64,000 bases of DNA from Candidatus Magasanikiibacteriota bacterium. GTDB lineage: Bacteria; Patescibacteriota; Patescibacteriia; Magasanikbacterales; 2-02-FULL-50-9b. The position numbers and the translations under genes were made by a program. This document shows positions 1 through 9,761 of this stretch, in pieces. The stretch's first letter is position 1, and every line of letters begins with the position of its first letter. The notes below the pieces were generated by a model, which had not been told where the DNA came from, made no database searches, and saw only the letters and a program-made list of their open reading frames with translations. The stretch spans positions 6,636-70,635 of the forward strand of contig CAITMK010000011.1 in NCBI GenBank assembly GCA_903893485.1, read 5' to 3'.

Positions 1-14
1 AATGGCTCATTGGT

Positions 15-848
15 TTGAATAATATGTACGACATTTCCGTTGTTATCCTGAATTACAAAATGCGCGCACTCGTTGAGAGTTGTTTGGCGTCGCTCTACAA
101 AGATATTGCCACCTCGGGCCTGCGTGTTGCCGTGGTTGTTGTTGATAATAACTCAGAAGATGGTTTGCTCGAATGGATCGCCGAGAAATTTCCAACCGCA
201 ACGACTATTCAAACTGGCTCAAATCCAGGTTTTGGTACGAGCGTGAATAAAGGACTTACGGCAATTAAAGCGCGCTATTATTTTATTTTAAATCCCGATA
301 CATTGTTCACCGAAGAAAATACGCTTCGCCGCTTATACGATTACATGGAATCACATCCTTGTATTGGCATGTGTGCACCGCAACTTTTGAATGGCGATGG
401 CACCGTGCAATATTCAGTCAATCGATTTCCTGATGTCGCCGTACAGCTCATTCGTCGTTCGCCACTTTCTCGCCGTCCAAAATTTGCTAAAAAAATTGAT
501 AACTTTTTAATGAAGGACATGGATCGATCAATCGATCAACCGGTTGATTGGGCGCAGGGCAGTGCACAGTTTGTGCGCGCCGAAGCATACGACGAAGTTG
601 GTGGATTCGACGAACGTTTTTGGATGTACTTTGAAGACACTGATCTGTGTCGCCGTTTTTGGAAAGCTGGCTGGCCGGTTTATTTTGTGCCATCAATTTC
701 ATTGGTACATTATCACGGCCGTGGCAGCGCTAAATTGCCAGGCATTATTAAACCGCTTCTCAAAAATAAATTAGCGCGCCAGCATTTACTGAGCTGGGCA
801 AACTATTTTTGGAAATGGCGCGCCGATATTTTTTCTTCACCTCTATGA
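15..848 (+). CDS. Glycosyltransferase family 2
   Basis: N-terminal ISVVILNYK...VVVDNNSEDG matches the GT2 (GT-A fold) nucleotide-binding region; DxD-like FEDTDL motif. The stop overlaps the next gene start (ATGA). Confidence 0.7.
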   Translation: MNNMYDISVVILNYKMRALVESCLASLYKDIATSGLRVAVVVVDNNSEDGLLEWIAEKFPTATTIQTGSNPGFGTSVNKGLTAIKARYYFILNPDTLFTEENTLRRLYDYMESHPCIGMCAPQLLNGDGTVQYSVNRFPDVAVQLIRRSPLSRRPKFAKKIDNFLMKDMDRSIDQPVDWAQGSAQFVRAEAYDEVGGFDERFWMYFEDTDLCRRFWKAGWPVYFVPSISLVHYHGRGSAKLPGIIKPLLKNKLARQHLLSWANYFWKWRADIFSSPL

Positions 849-1933
849 AACGCATTGCCATAATTTATCTTTCATTTCACTGCGAGCCATACATTGATGA
901 CGTGGTAAAAGCGCTCGAAACTGTGCAGTATCCAAAAGAAGCGCTCGAATTTATTATTGTGGATAATCCACATCCCGTGCACGGCCTCAGCATGGCGCAT
1001 TTAACCGAGCATGTTTTACCGAAATCGGAAAAGTCGCTTCCAAAAGTTACGCTGCTTCCACAAGAATCTAATTTAGGTTTTGCTGGCGGCAACAACAAAG
1101 GTGTTGAATACGCCGAACAACACGGTTTCGATTATGTTTTTTTCCTGAACAACGATGCATATCCATCAGAACATACATTTACTGAATTAGTAAAAGCCTT
1201 TGAAACGGATTCAAAAATTGCAATCGCGCAGTCGCTCATTATGTTGCATCCACGCCGCGAACTTATCAACACGAGTGGCAACATGATTCAGTTTGTTGGT
1301 CTTGGGTATTGCCGCGATTACCAGGTACCACTCAGCGAACGCAAATTTCAGCCCATCGAAGACATTCCGTATGCGTCTGGCGCGGCATTTATGATTCCAA
1401 CTAAACTTTGTAAACAGTTTGGCGCATGGGACAATGATTTTTTCTTGTATCACGAAGACATGGAATGGTCGCTGCGTTTAAAATCCATGGGGTATCGCGT
1501 GGTCATGGTGCGCGATTCAGTGGTGTATCACGCTTACGAATTCGCCCGCAGCATCACCAAATTTTATTGGATGGAACGCAATCGTTTTGGCGTGCTGCTC
1601 ATGTTTCTTAAAATTCCAACGCTTATTATTATTGCGCCTGCCGTACTTGCGTACGAAATCGGCACCTACGCATTTGCGTGGAAAGGGAAATGGCAAACCG
1701 AAAAACATAAATTGTATGCGTATTGGATCAAGCCATCAACGTGGAAAATGTGGCTCGCAAAACGTGCGCGCATCCAAAAAAATCGTTCAGTTTCAGACCG
1801 CGTTTTGACCGCGGATTGGGTTGGCTACGTCGCCTTTCAAGAAGAGCGCGTCAGTAATCCAATTCTCACCTACATTGCAAATCCAATCATGACCATATAC
1901 TGGGGGGTTGCACATTTCATCATTTTCTGGTAA
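845..1933 (+). CDS. Glycosyltransferase family 2 with C-terminal membrane segments
   Basis: IAIIYLSFHCEPYIDDVVKAL...FIIVDNPHP GT2 signature; hydrophobic C-terminal third. The start was chosen at MKRIAII (ATGA overlap with the upstream gene); the ORF track allows 809. Confidence 0.65.
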   Translation: MKRIAIIYLSFHCEPYIDDVVKALETVQYPKEALEFIIVDNPHPVHGLSMAHLTEHVLPKSEKSLPKVTLLPQESNLGFAGGNNKGVEYAEQHGFDYVFFLNNDAYPSEHTFTELVKAFETDSKIAIAQSLIMLHPRRELINTSGNMIQFVGLGYCRDYQVPLSERKFQPIEDIPYASGAAFMIPTKLCKQFGAWDNDFFLYHEDMEWSLRLKSMGYRVVMVRDSVVYHAYEFARSITKFYWMERNRFGVLLMFLKIPTLIIIAPAVLAYEIGTYAFAWKGKWQTEKHKLYAYWIKPSTWKMWLAKRARIQKNRSVSDRVLTADWVGYVAFQEERVSNPILTYIANPIMTIYWGVAHFIIFW

Positions 1934-1945
1934 GGTTTTGGCATT

Positions 1946-3022
1946 ATGAAAGCCCTTATTGCTGCAGGTGGTCACGCAACGCGTTTGCGCCCCATCACGT
2001 ACACTACCAATAAACATCTCATTCCGCTTGCAAACAAGCCAATGATTTTTAACGCAATCGAAAAGATTGTGGAAGTTGGCGTACGCGAAATCTACATTAA
2101 TATCAATCCGGGCGAACAAGAAATTCAGCGCTATGTTGGCGATGGCGCACGTTGGGGTGTTCACATCACTTACGTCGAACAAACTGGTGGCCCAAAGGGT
2201 TTGGCGCACATCATCAAAAATGCCGAAGGTTTTTTGCGCGGTGAACCATTTCTTTTTTACCTCGGCGACAACATTATTTTGGGCAGCCTGCGCCGCTTCG
2301 TTGAACAATTTCAAACTGAACAATTGGATTGTATGTTGGCATTTGCACACGTGTCAGATCCGCAGCGTTTTGGCGTGCCAGTTATCGAAAATGGTAAATT
2401 AGTTCGTATCGAAGAAAAACCATCGAATCCGCAAACGGATTTGGCGCAGGCAGGTATTTATATTTACAGTGATTCAATTTTTACCGCGGTAAATGCAATC
2501 GAACCAAGTGCGCGTGGCGAATTCGAAATTTCCGATGCAAATACGTATTTAATTGCAAAAGGTTACAAAGTAGGCTGGCAAGAAATTACTGGTTGGTGGA
2601 AAGACACGGGCAAACCAGAAGATTTACTTGAAGGCAACCAGCTCATCATGGATGAATTGCATTTTGCAGATGGTACCAAAGACGCCATGATCGGTCCGAA
2701 GGTGCGTATCCAAGGCCGCGTAAAAATCGGCAAAGGCACGGTGGTGTGGGACAACGTACTTATTCGTGGGCCTGTGGTCATCGGGGAAAATTCATCGATC
2801 CGCGAAAGCTATATTGGCCCGTACACCGCAATTGGTAATCATTGCACCGTGGAAAATACTGAAATTGAACATTCGATTATCATGGACAATGCACAGCTTA
2901 ATGCAGGCACACGTATTGTAGATTCAATCGTTGGTAAAAATGCACGCATTACGTCTACCAAAGAAACATTGCCACTCGGTCACAAATTAGTGGTAGGTGA
3001 CAACTCTCAAGTAGAAGTGTAA
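1946..3022 (+). CDS. Sugar-phosphate nucleotidyltransferase (glucose-1-phosphate thymidylyltransferase-like, long form with C-terminal left-handed beta-helix)
   Basis: MKALIAAGGHATRLRPITYTTNKHLIPLANKPMI matches the G-G-x-G-T-R-L NTP-transferase motif; C-terminal hexapeptide-like repeats (IGPKVRIQGRVKIGKGTVV...). Confidence 0.7.
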   Translation: MKALIAAGGHATRLRPITYTTNKHLIPLANKPMIFNAIEKIVEVGVREIYININPGEQEIQRYVGDGARWGVHITYVEQTGGPKGLAHIIKNAEGFLRGEPFLFYLGDNIILGSLRRFVEQFQTEQLDCMLAFAHVSDPQRFGVPVIENGKLVRIEEKPSNPQTDLAQAGIYIYSDSIFTAVNAIEPSARGEFEISDANTYLIAKGYKVGWQEITGWWKDTGKPEDLLEGNQLIMDELHFADGTKDAMIGPKVRIQGRVKIGKGTVVWDNVLIRGPVVIGENSSIRESYIGPYTAIGNHCTVENTEIEHSIIMDNAQLNAGTRIVDSIVGKNARITSTKETLPLGHKLVVGDNSQVEV

Positions 3023-3029
3023 TTTGTAA

Positions 3030-4070
3030 TTATCGTGTCAAAATGACTTGCGTCCAGGTGCTGTATTCGGCACCTTTTTTGGTTGTATAGGTAATTACAC
3101 CGCCAGCGGTATTTAATGATGCAGATACAATTTCAGCGCCTTCAGGGGCATGTGCAATTGAGATTGGTACGTTTAATGTGTCGGCCAATTGATACGCAAT
3201 GATTTCATCGGGAAGCACCGCAAGCGCCACCGCGGTTTGTGGCACCGGTAAAACAGTAATAATTGGTTTGCTGAGACGCGACAATAGTGTGGCAGCCCCA
3301 GAATTTGGATTTACTTCCCAAAGCTCGAACGGTGTAAACACTAAATGAACTGAGATTGCGTTAATATTATTCCACGAGTGATCTAATAAATGAGTTCCAG
3401 GCACTGAAAACGCGATTGAATCTGGTGAGCTCCACAAACGAAATTGTGTTTGGCTAGCGTCGAGGCGAGTAATTGCAAAATAGCGACCGTCACCGCCGGC
3501 AATGCGCCAACTGCCAATGCCCAAATCACGAGTGAGCGGATTTGTTCCGTTGGTAATTATGGTGCCACCAGCTGGCGTGCTACTGACGGACAAAAGTGAT
3601 CCATTAACCACGGTGCTGGTTGGTGCAATTAGTTCTGCCGGCGCTGTAAAGGAGGTGCTTGATGAAACTAAAACCGCATCATGTTTTTCGAGTAAATACA
3701 CATCGCTTACAAAGGTAGTGCGCATTGGCTGCACGGTTATTGGCTGCGAATAAGGAAAAAAACCAGGCGCCATAATAGCAACGGTGTGGTTTCCAGGGAA
3801 AACAGCGCGCACGCGGCTTGGAGCTGAGGTATCAACGAGCGAGCCATCGAGCAAAACATTGCTCCGTGTAGGCACAAAAGTTATGAGTAAATTGCCGGTT
3901 CGTAAGATTTTAAAACCCGGAATTTGCACGCGATAGCCATTTCCAAATAATAACAAAAGAGCCGCAGTTATTACGTAGAGTACTAACATGGTCCAGAAAA
4001 ATGCGCGCCGAGCTGTTCGTGAAATCACAGAGTTGAAAAAAAGATACCAATAGTGTACTCTAGTACACAT
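3030..4070 (-). CDS. Hypothetical membrane-anchored protein
   Basis: Long ORF with an N-terminal TM helix (MLVLYVITAALLLLF) and a large extracytoplasmic domain; no recognised family. The start could be the internal Met near 3989. Confidence 0.4.
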   Translation of the reverse strand: MCTRVHYWYLFFNSVISRTARRAFFWTMLVLYVITAALLLLFGNGYRVQIPGFKILRTGNLLITFVPTRSNVLLDGSLVDTSAPSRVRAVFPGNHTVAIMAPGFFPYSQPITVQPMRTTFVSDVYLLEKHDAVLVSSSTSFTAPAELIAPTSTVVNGSLLSVSSTPAGGTIITNGTNPLTRDLGIGSWRIAGGDGRYFAITRLDASQTQFRLWSSPDSIAFSVPGTHLLDHSWNNINAISVHLVFTPFELWEVNPNSGAATLLSRLSKPIITVLPVPQTAVALAVLPDEIIAYQLADTLNVPISIAHAPEGAEIVSASLNTAGGVITYTTKKGAEYSTWTQVILTR

Positions 4071-4083
4071 AGAATAAACAAGT

Positions 4084-5343
4084 ATGGCACAATTCCGTAT
4101 TCAAGGACAACAGCCGCTTCAGGGTGAAATCGCCGTAACTGGCGCTAAAAATGCAGCGTTAAAGTTCATTGCCGCCTCACTCATGTGTGACGCGCCGGTA
4201 ACGTTAACCAACGTGCCAAACATCGAGGATGTTCGGCGTATGTTGCATTTGGTGCAGTCATTGGGCGCTGGTGTGCAGCACAATGTTGAAGCGCACACCG
4301 TGGTAATTGACCCAACCACCGTAAACACCCAAACAATTTCTGCGGAACTCGCGAAAACCATTCGCCCATCAATCATGTTTGTGGGGCCACTTATTGCTCG
4401 CTACGGAACCGCGCGAATCGGCTATCCAGGCGGATGCGTTATTGGTCGCCGCCCAATCGATTTGTACCTTAAGGGCTACGAACGTTTTGGTGCACAAATT
4501 ACATCATCAGACGAAAGTTTTGTTTTTACCGCACCAACACCACGCGCCATGGAATTCATGTTTCCACTTATTAGCGTGGTTGCAACCGAAACATTCATGA
4601 TCACGGCAACGCGCATTCCAGGAACAACGGTGTTAAAAAATTGTGCCATGGAACCAGAAGTTGTTGCGCTCGCAGAATTTTTAAATAGTTGTGGCGCACG
4701 CATTACGGGTGCTGGCACACCAACCATTTCCATCGAAGGCGTAACCGCGCTCAGCGGCGGCACCGTGGCCATGATTCCAGATCGTCTCGAAGCTGGTACC
4801 TTTGTTATTTTGGGTGCACTTACGCGTTCCAATATTCGCGTGACCAAATGTATTCCAGAACATCTCGAAAATATTTTGGATCATTTGCGCGAAATGGGCG
4901 TGCCATTTACCGTTGGCCCTGATTGGATTGAAACGCAGCCATATTCGCATACACTTAAGGCAATCAACATTAAGACCCATGAATATCCGGGTTTTGTGAC
5001 AGATTTACAAGCACCATTTACTGTTTTGTTAACGCAGGCTGCCGGCACCTCATTGGTTCACGAAACAATTTTTGAAGGCCGCATGTTCTACACTGACTTA
5101 CTTAATCGTATGGGCGCAAATATTATTTTGTGTGACCCACATCGCGCCATCGTTGAAGGTCCAACCGCACTGTCTGGCCGCAAACTCGACAGTCCAGATA
5201 TTCGCGCGGGCATTGCCATGGTTTTGGCAGGGCTTGCAGCGCGCGGCGAAACCATTATTGGTAACATCGAACAAGTTGATCGCGGCTACGAATCAATTGA
5301 TGCTAGACTTCGCTCCCTTGGAGCTGCTATCATAAGAGAATAA
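4084..5343 (+). CDS. murA: UDP-N-acetylglucosamine 1-carboxyvinyltransferase
   Basis: N-terminus FRIQGQQPLQGEIAVTGAKNAALKFIAASLMCDAPVTLTNVPNIEDV is the canonical MurA/EPSP-synthase-fold start; 419 aa. Confidence 0.9.
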   Translation: MAQFRIQGQQPLQGEIAVTGAKNAALKFIAASLMCDAPVTLTNVPNIEDVRRMLHLVQSLGAGVQHNVEAHTVVIDPTTVNTQTISAELAKTIRPSIMFVGPLIARYGTARIGYPGGCVIGRRPIDLYLKGYERFGAQITSSDESFVFTAPTPRAMEFMFPLISVVATETFMITATRIPGTTVLKNCAMEPEVVALAEFLNSCGARITGAGTPTISIEGVTALSGGTVAMIPDRLEAGTFVILGALTRSNIRVTKCIPEHLENILDHLREMGVPFTVGPDWIETQPYSHTLKAINIKTHEYPGFVTDLQAPFTVLLTQAAGTSLVHETIFEGRMFYTDLLNRMGANIILCDPHRAIVEGPTALSGRKLDSPDIRAGIAMVLAGLAARGETIIGNIEQVDRGYESIDARLRSLGAAIIRE

Positions 5344-5346
5344 ACT

Positions 5347-6660
5347 ATGAACTCGTCCTTTGAACAATCACGCGTCCAGTTGCATCGCTACGTTTTTGCG
5401 TTTTTATTGGTGGTTGCTTTTGGTGCCGGTGTTTTATTGGGTAACCATGCGCCACGCACTGCAAGCGCACAGGATGTGCAGACCGATACGGCAACGAGTA
5501 CCGGCGTTGTTGAAAATAAAAATACGATTGGCCGCACCTTGCCAAGTAAAGTTGATTTTCAACAATTTTGGGATGTCTGGCAAAAGATTCAAAATAAATC
5601 CGTTAAGCGCCCGGTTGATGACGTACAATTATATTACGGCGCCGTCGGTGGACTTGTCGCATCACTTGGCGATCCATACTCAGTGTATTTTCCACCAGAT
5701 ATTGCTAAGGAGTTTCAAGATCAGCTAGCTGGTTCTTTTTCGGGCATTGGTGCAGAAGTTGGCGCTAAAGATGGAAACGTCGTGGTGGTCTCACCACTTC
5801 CAGACACCCCAGCTGAGCGCGCAGGATTAAAGACTGGCGATATTGTTGCTGCCATCGATGGTACTTCAACTTTGAATACGGCCGTTGATGAAGCTGTAAA
5901 AATGATTCGCGGGCAAAAGGGAACCAAAGTTACGCTCACAATTATCCGTGCCGGCTCAAAGGATCCGTTAACGTTCACCATGGTACGCGACACTATTGAA
6001 GTTAAAAGTGTAAAAACTGAACAACTCGATAATAGCGTCATGGACATTACTATTTCAAGTTTTGATGAACAGACGCAAAAATTATTTGCAAACGCGGTTT
6101 TAGAAGCTAAAATGGCACATGCAAAGGGTATCGTGTTGGATTTGCGTAATGATCCAGGTGGATTTTTCGACAGCGCAATTATGGTTGCTAGTGAATTTTT
6201 AGCAGACAATCAAGTGGTTGTTGCAGAACGCGATTCCACGCAAGTTGGCACCAAAAATCGCAAAGAATTTGTCACCGAAGGCACGCACGGATTACTTGGC
6301 ATTCCAACCGCGGTTTTGATCAATGGTGGATCAGCGAGTGCCTCTGAAATTGTCGCGGGTGCGCTTCAAGACCACAAAGTTGCAACATTAATTGGTGAAA
6401 AATCTTTTGGTAAAGGTTCGGTGCAAGAATATGAACAGCTCGCAGATGGTTCGGCGCTTAAATTAACCGTTGCGTTATGGTTTACACCAGACGATCATAC
6501 GATCAACCAAACCGGTATTCAGCCAGACGTGGTTATTGTGCCACCAAAAGTAGATCCTAAAAAAGTTGCGTTGCCCGTGGATCCGCTTAAGGCAAAAGAT
6601 TGGAGAACCGATCCATTTATCATGAAAGCCATGGAGATACTGAAGACAAAAATTAAATAG
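5347..6660 (+). CDS. Carboxyl-terminal processing peptidase (S41 family) with PDZ domain
   Basis: N-terminal TM; PDZ-like GLKTGDIVAAIDG; S41 catalytic region INGGSASASEIVAGALQDHKVATLIGEKSFGKGSVQ. Confidence 0.8.
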   Translation: MNSSFEQSRVQLHRYVFAFLLVVAFGAGVLLGNHAPRTASAQDVQTDTATSTGVVENKNTIGRTLPSKVDFQQFWDVWQKIQNKSVKRPVDDVQLYYGAVGGLVASLGDPYSVYFPPDIAKEFQDQLAGSFSGIGAEVGAKDGNVVVVSPLPDTPAERAGLKTGDIVAAIDGTSTLNTAVDEAVKMIRGQKGTKVTLTIIRAGSKDPLTFTMVRDTIEVKSVKTEQLDNSVMDITISSFDEQTQKLFANAVLEAKMAHAKGIVLDLRNDPGGFFDSAIMVASEFLADNQVVVAERDSTQVGTKNRKEFVTEGTHGLLGIPTAVLINGGSASASEIVAGALQDHKVATLIGEKSFGKGSVQEYEQLADGSALKLTVALWFTPDDHTINQTGIQPDVVIVPPKVDPKKVALPVDPLKAKDWRTDPFIMKAMEILKTKIK

Positions 6661-6680
6661 CAGCTCGAACGCTGAAGAAA

Positions 6681-6712
6681 TAAAAAGGCCACATCTTGGA
6701 TGTGGCCTTTTT
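6681..6712. terminator. Bidirectional rho-independent terminator
   Basis: aaaaaGGCCACATCttgGATGTGGCCttttt perfect hairpin flanked by an A-run and a T-run, between the convergent ctp-like and era genes. Confidence 0.7.
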
Positions 6713-6727
6713 GAACAAAAGATTTTC

Positions 6728-7589
6728 TTACAGCATTTCCATCCAACGTGGATTTGTCTCAACTTCGATTTCCAAAAACACACGTGTATCCAAAATACCC
6801 TCGAGCTCTTTGCGTGCCACGGAGCCGATTTCTTTAATGATGCGGCCGCCGGTACCAATTAACATTTTTTTGTAGCGATCGGCGGAAACCAAAATACGAG
6901 CTTTAATCACAAACATATGTGGATTTTTTGGGCCCGGCTGCTTTTCTTCGATATTATCCACAATCACATGCATTGAGTAGGGAACTTCGGCGCGGGTTTC
7001 ATGTAACGCTTTTTCGCGAATAATTTCCGCAAGCCACTGTGCGCGGGTTTGGTTCGTATTCTGCAAACCGTCATAGGTTGGTTCACCTTCAGGCAGTGCA
7101 TCGAAAGTTGCATTAATCAAAGGTTTGATATGTGAGCCATCTGCGGCTGAAATTTCAAATGTTTGGGTGAAGTCCGGTGATAACGCGCGGTAATCTTCCA
7201 AATAAGGTTTTTTATCTAAATCAATTTTGTTGATAACTAAAAACTTTGGGATAGATGCGCCGCGGATGAGTGACAATGTGTAACGTTCTTCAGCACCAAG
7301 CCCACGGGTAGGATCAACAACGTACAAAATTACGTCGATGCCATGGAGCGCTTCTTTAACCTTTTCAATCATGCGGCCCGTAAGCTCTGCGTGGGAGCCC
7401 TGCAAGACACCTGGGGTGTCCATAAATACAACTTGCCCGCGTTCATCGGTAAGTGCACCGTGAATCACGCTACGGGTTGTTTGGGCCTTATTCGTAACAA
7501 TAGCTAACTTGCTCCCCACAAGCGTGTTGAGGAGAGTTGATTTGCCCACGTTGGAGCGGCCAATGATAATTGCAAAACCTGATTTCATA
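6728..7589 (-). CDS. era: GTPase Era
   Basis: MKSGFAIIIGRSNVGKSTLLNTLVGSKLAIVTNKAQTTR (G1 P-loop plus G2) and a C-terminal KH-like region; the start was trimmed to MKSGF (the ORF track extends to 7705). Confidence 0.85.
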
Positions 7590-7639
7590 CGCGGAGCATA
7601 ACAGATTTTTATATTTCTGTCCAGTCTGGCTCTGAATAC

Positions 7640-7672
7640 AAAAAACCGGCCCGAAGGCCGGCTCTCGAACGC
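7640..7672 (-). terminator. Rho-independent terminator downstream of rpmA
   Basis: The minus strand reads GAGCCGGCCttcgGGCCGGtttttt. Confidence 0.6.
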
Positions 7673-7676
7673 AGAT

Positions 7677-7961
7677 TTATACCGCCTTTGGAGTAACGTT
7701 TGCAAAGGTGCGGAGCTTAAGTGATCCGTCGAATGCAGTTACTTTGCGGCGGGTAAAGGTAACAATACCTGAAAGCGCTGCATACAAGGTGTCATCTTTG
7801 CCACGGCGAACGTTTTTGCCTGGGTGGATTTTAGTACCACGTTGGCGGAAAATGATCTGACCGGTGCGAGCTGGTTGACCGTCGTGAAGTTTAGCTCCAA
7901 GACGTTTTGATTGGGAATCGCGGCCTAGTTGGGTGGAACCGGCCGATTTTTTGGTTGCCAT
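7677..7961 (-). CDS. rpmA: 50S ribosomal protein L27
   Basis: [61 protein letters not shown] aligns with the L27 consensus (MAHKKGGGS..NGRDS.SKRLGVK...G.II.RQRGTK.H.G.NVG.G.DHTLFA). Confidence 0.85.
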   Translation of the reverse strand: MATKKSAGSTQLGRDSQSKRLGAKLHDGQPARTGQIIFRQRGTKIHPGKNVRRGKDDTLYAALSGIVTFTRRKVTAFDGSLKLRTFANVTPKAV

Positions 7962-8015
7962 AGCAAGAAAATTGCAAAATTTAAGTGAGGGGAGTATACT
8001 CCATTTCACGAATAT

Positions 8016-8303
8016 ATGTCAAGAACTCAATCAGAAATTGAAGAAGCGATCAAAAAAGTACTCGAAGAAAAGGTGGCTCCAATGCTCGCCATGCACCAAG
8101 GCGGCTCTGAATTAGTATCCTATGATATGGAGTCAGGTGTCGCAACTGTGCGATTTTTAGGCACTTGTATCGGTTGTCCCATGTCGACCCTTACCCTCAA
8201 AGGCGGCGTTGAAGCCGAGATCCTCGAGAACGTCCCAGAGGTCCAAGAAGTACATGCCGAAGGTGTTGATGAAGACGCCTTCGAATTCATCGGCGAAGAA
8301 TAA
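8016..8303 (+). CDS. NifU-like (Nfu-type) Fe-S cluster domain protein
   Basis: 95 aa; ...[25 protein letters not shown] contains the CxxC motif characteristic of the NifU C-terminal domain. Confidence 0.65.
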   Translation: MSRTQSEIEEAIKKVLEEKVAPMLAMHQGGSELVSYDMESGVATVRFLGTCIGCPMSTLTLKGGVEAEILENVPEVQEVHAEGVDEDAFEFIGEE

Positions 8304-8315
8304 TCCACAACCCCC

Positions 8316-8684
8316 ATGTCCATTCAATGGTACCCGCTGCAACTGTTTGTTCGGCGCCTTGAGCTGGTAATCCCGCTCGCGGTTTCGTTTTTAATTAGCG
8401 TGGGGCTATGCGTGTGGGTAATTGTTTTGGCTCGCCACATCAAGGAACCGGTTTTTTTGCATTACAGTATTGAGCTTGGTGTGGATGCTTCAGGCACGTG
8501 GCATCAAATGCTTATTTTACCAATCGGACTCGTTCTGGTTAGTCTTGGCTTTGCGGCATTGGCAAATGGGCTCGTTTTACAAGCTCGCAAATTTGCGGTG
8601 CTGGTAGCTTACGCATCGCCACTTATTATTTTACTCGGCGCCTGGTGCGTCTTTTTACTTTTACGCGTTAACGGCGCAGTGTAA
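8316..8684 (+). CDS. Hypothetical small membrane protein
   Basis: 122 aa with three to four predicted TM helices; no recognised family. Confidence 0.35.
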   Translation: MSIQWYPLQLFVRRLELVIPLAVSFLISVGLCVWVIVLARHIKEPVFLHYSIELGVDASGTWHQMLILPIGLVLVSLGFAALANGLVLQARKFAVLVAYASPLIILLGAWCVFLLLRVNGAV

Positions 8685-8686
8685 CT

Positions 8687-9760
8687 ATGAATCCACGAAC
8701 CGCTCTTATTTATATTAGTATTTTGGCTCTGGCAGGTTTCGTGGTTGCGGCAATTGCAGCGCCGGCCGTCGCACGTCTTCTCATTCGTTTTAAATGTTGG
8801 AAAAAGTCCGTGCGATCTGTTGCACCAGACGGATCCGCAACACCACTTTTTGCAGCGCTTCATAAGGATAAAGAAACCAAGACTCCACGCGGCGCTGGTA
8901 TTTTAATGTGGGGATCTGTTTTTGTGGTGGCGATTTTAGCGCGCCTTGTGGCACAATCGTTTCCGCACACGCCGCTCGTACATTTAGATTTTATCAATCG
9001 TTCACAAACCTGGATTCCACTTGCGATCCTCGGGTTTATGTCCGTACTTGGGCTTTTGGATGATATTTTAGTTGTTGGTGGTTTTGGCATTATCGAAAAG
9101 GGCGGGGGAATTAAATTTCGTCATCGCATGCTTGCTGTTTTAGTTGCGGCTGGTGTTGCAGCATATTGGTTTCATTATAAATTAGGTTGGGACATGATCC
9201 ATATTCCGCTCGTGGGTAATATGTTTGTGGGTTGGTGGTATATTCCACTTTTTATTTTTGTATTAGTTGGTCTCAACAGTGCGTCAGTTGTCGATGGAAT
9301 TGATGGATTGGCTGGCGGCGTTTTTGCAATTTTGTATGCAACATTCGCTGCAATTGCCTTTGCACGCGGGCAATTTTTCTTGTCAGCATTTTGCGCGGTG
9401 TATGCGGGTTCGATCACAGCATTTTTGTGGTACAACGTTTCACCCGCAATTTTTTACATGGGTGAAACCGGTATTTTGGGCCTTACCACAACACTTGGCG
9501 TTGTTGCATTTTTTACCAACACGGTTTTGCTGCTGCCGCTTGCGGGAATTATTTTGGTGTGGGAAGCACTTTCGGTTGCAATTCAATTAACTTCAAAAAA
9601 GTTTTTACATCGCAAGATTTTTTTGATCGCGCCATATCACCATCATCTCGAGGCAAAAGGTTGGCCAGCACACAAAGTTACCATGCGTTTTTGGATCGTC
9701 ACGGGCATCGCTTGTTTGGCAACGTTGGTTATTGCACTCGTAGATATTATTTGGAAATAA
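8687..9760 (+). CDS. mraY: Phospho-N-acetylmuramoyl-pentapeptide transferase
   Basis: Polytopic membrane protein with DDILVVGG...VVDGIDGLAGG...NVSPAIFYMGETG motifs typical of MraY/WecA-family transferases; lies beside ftsW and murG. Confidence 0.85.
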   Translation: MNPRTALIYISILALAGFVVAAIAAPAVARLLIRFKCWKKSVRSVAPDGSATPLFAALHKDKETKTPRGAGILMWGSVFVVAILARLVAQSFPHTPLVHLDFINRSQTWIPLAILGFMSVLGLLDDILVVGGFGIIEKGGGIKFRHRMLAVLVAAGVAAYWFHYKLGWDMIHIPLVGNMFVGWWYIPLFIFVLVGLNSASVVDGIDGLAGGVFAILYATFAAIAFARGQFFLSAFCAVYAGSITAFLWYNVSPAIFYMGETGILGLTTTLGVVAFFTNTVLLLPLAGIILVWEALSVAIQLTSKKFLHRKIFLIAPYHHHLEAKGWPAHKVTMRFWIVTGIACLATLVIALVDIIWK

Positions 9761-9761
9761 T

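Noticed and set aside
487-2402. Numerous short antisense or offset ORFs inside the two GT2 genes and the nucleotidyltransferase (e.g. 487–702, 877–1098, 1793–2350, 2067–2402)
   Set aside because: They are fully embedded in well-supported longer genes on the other strand or frame and lack SDs. They are typical six-frame noise.
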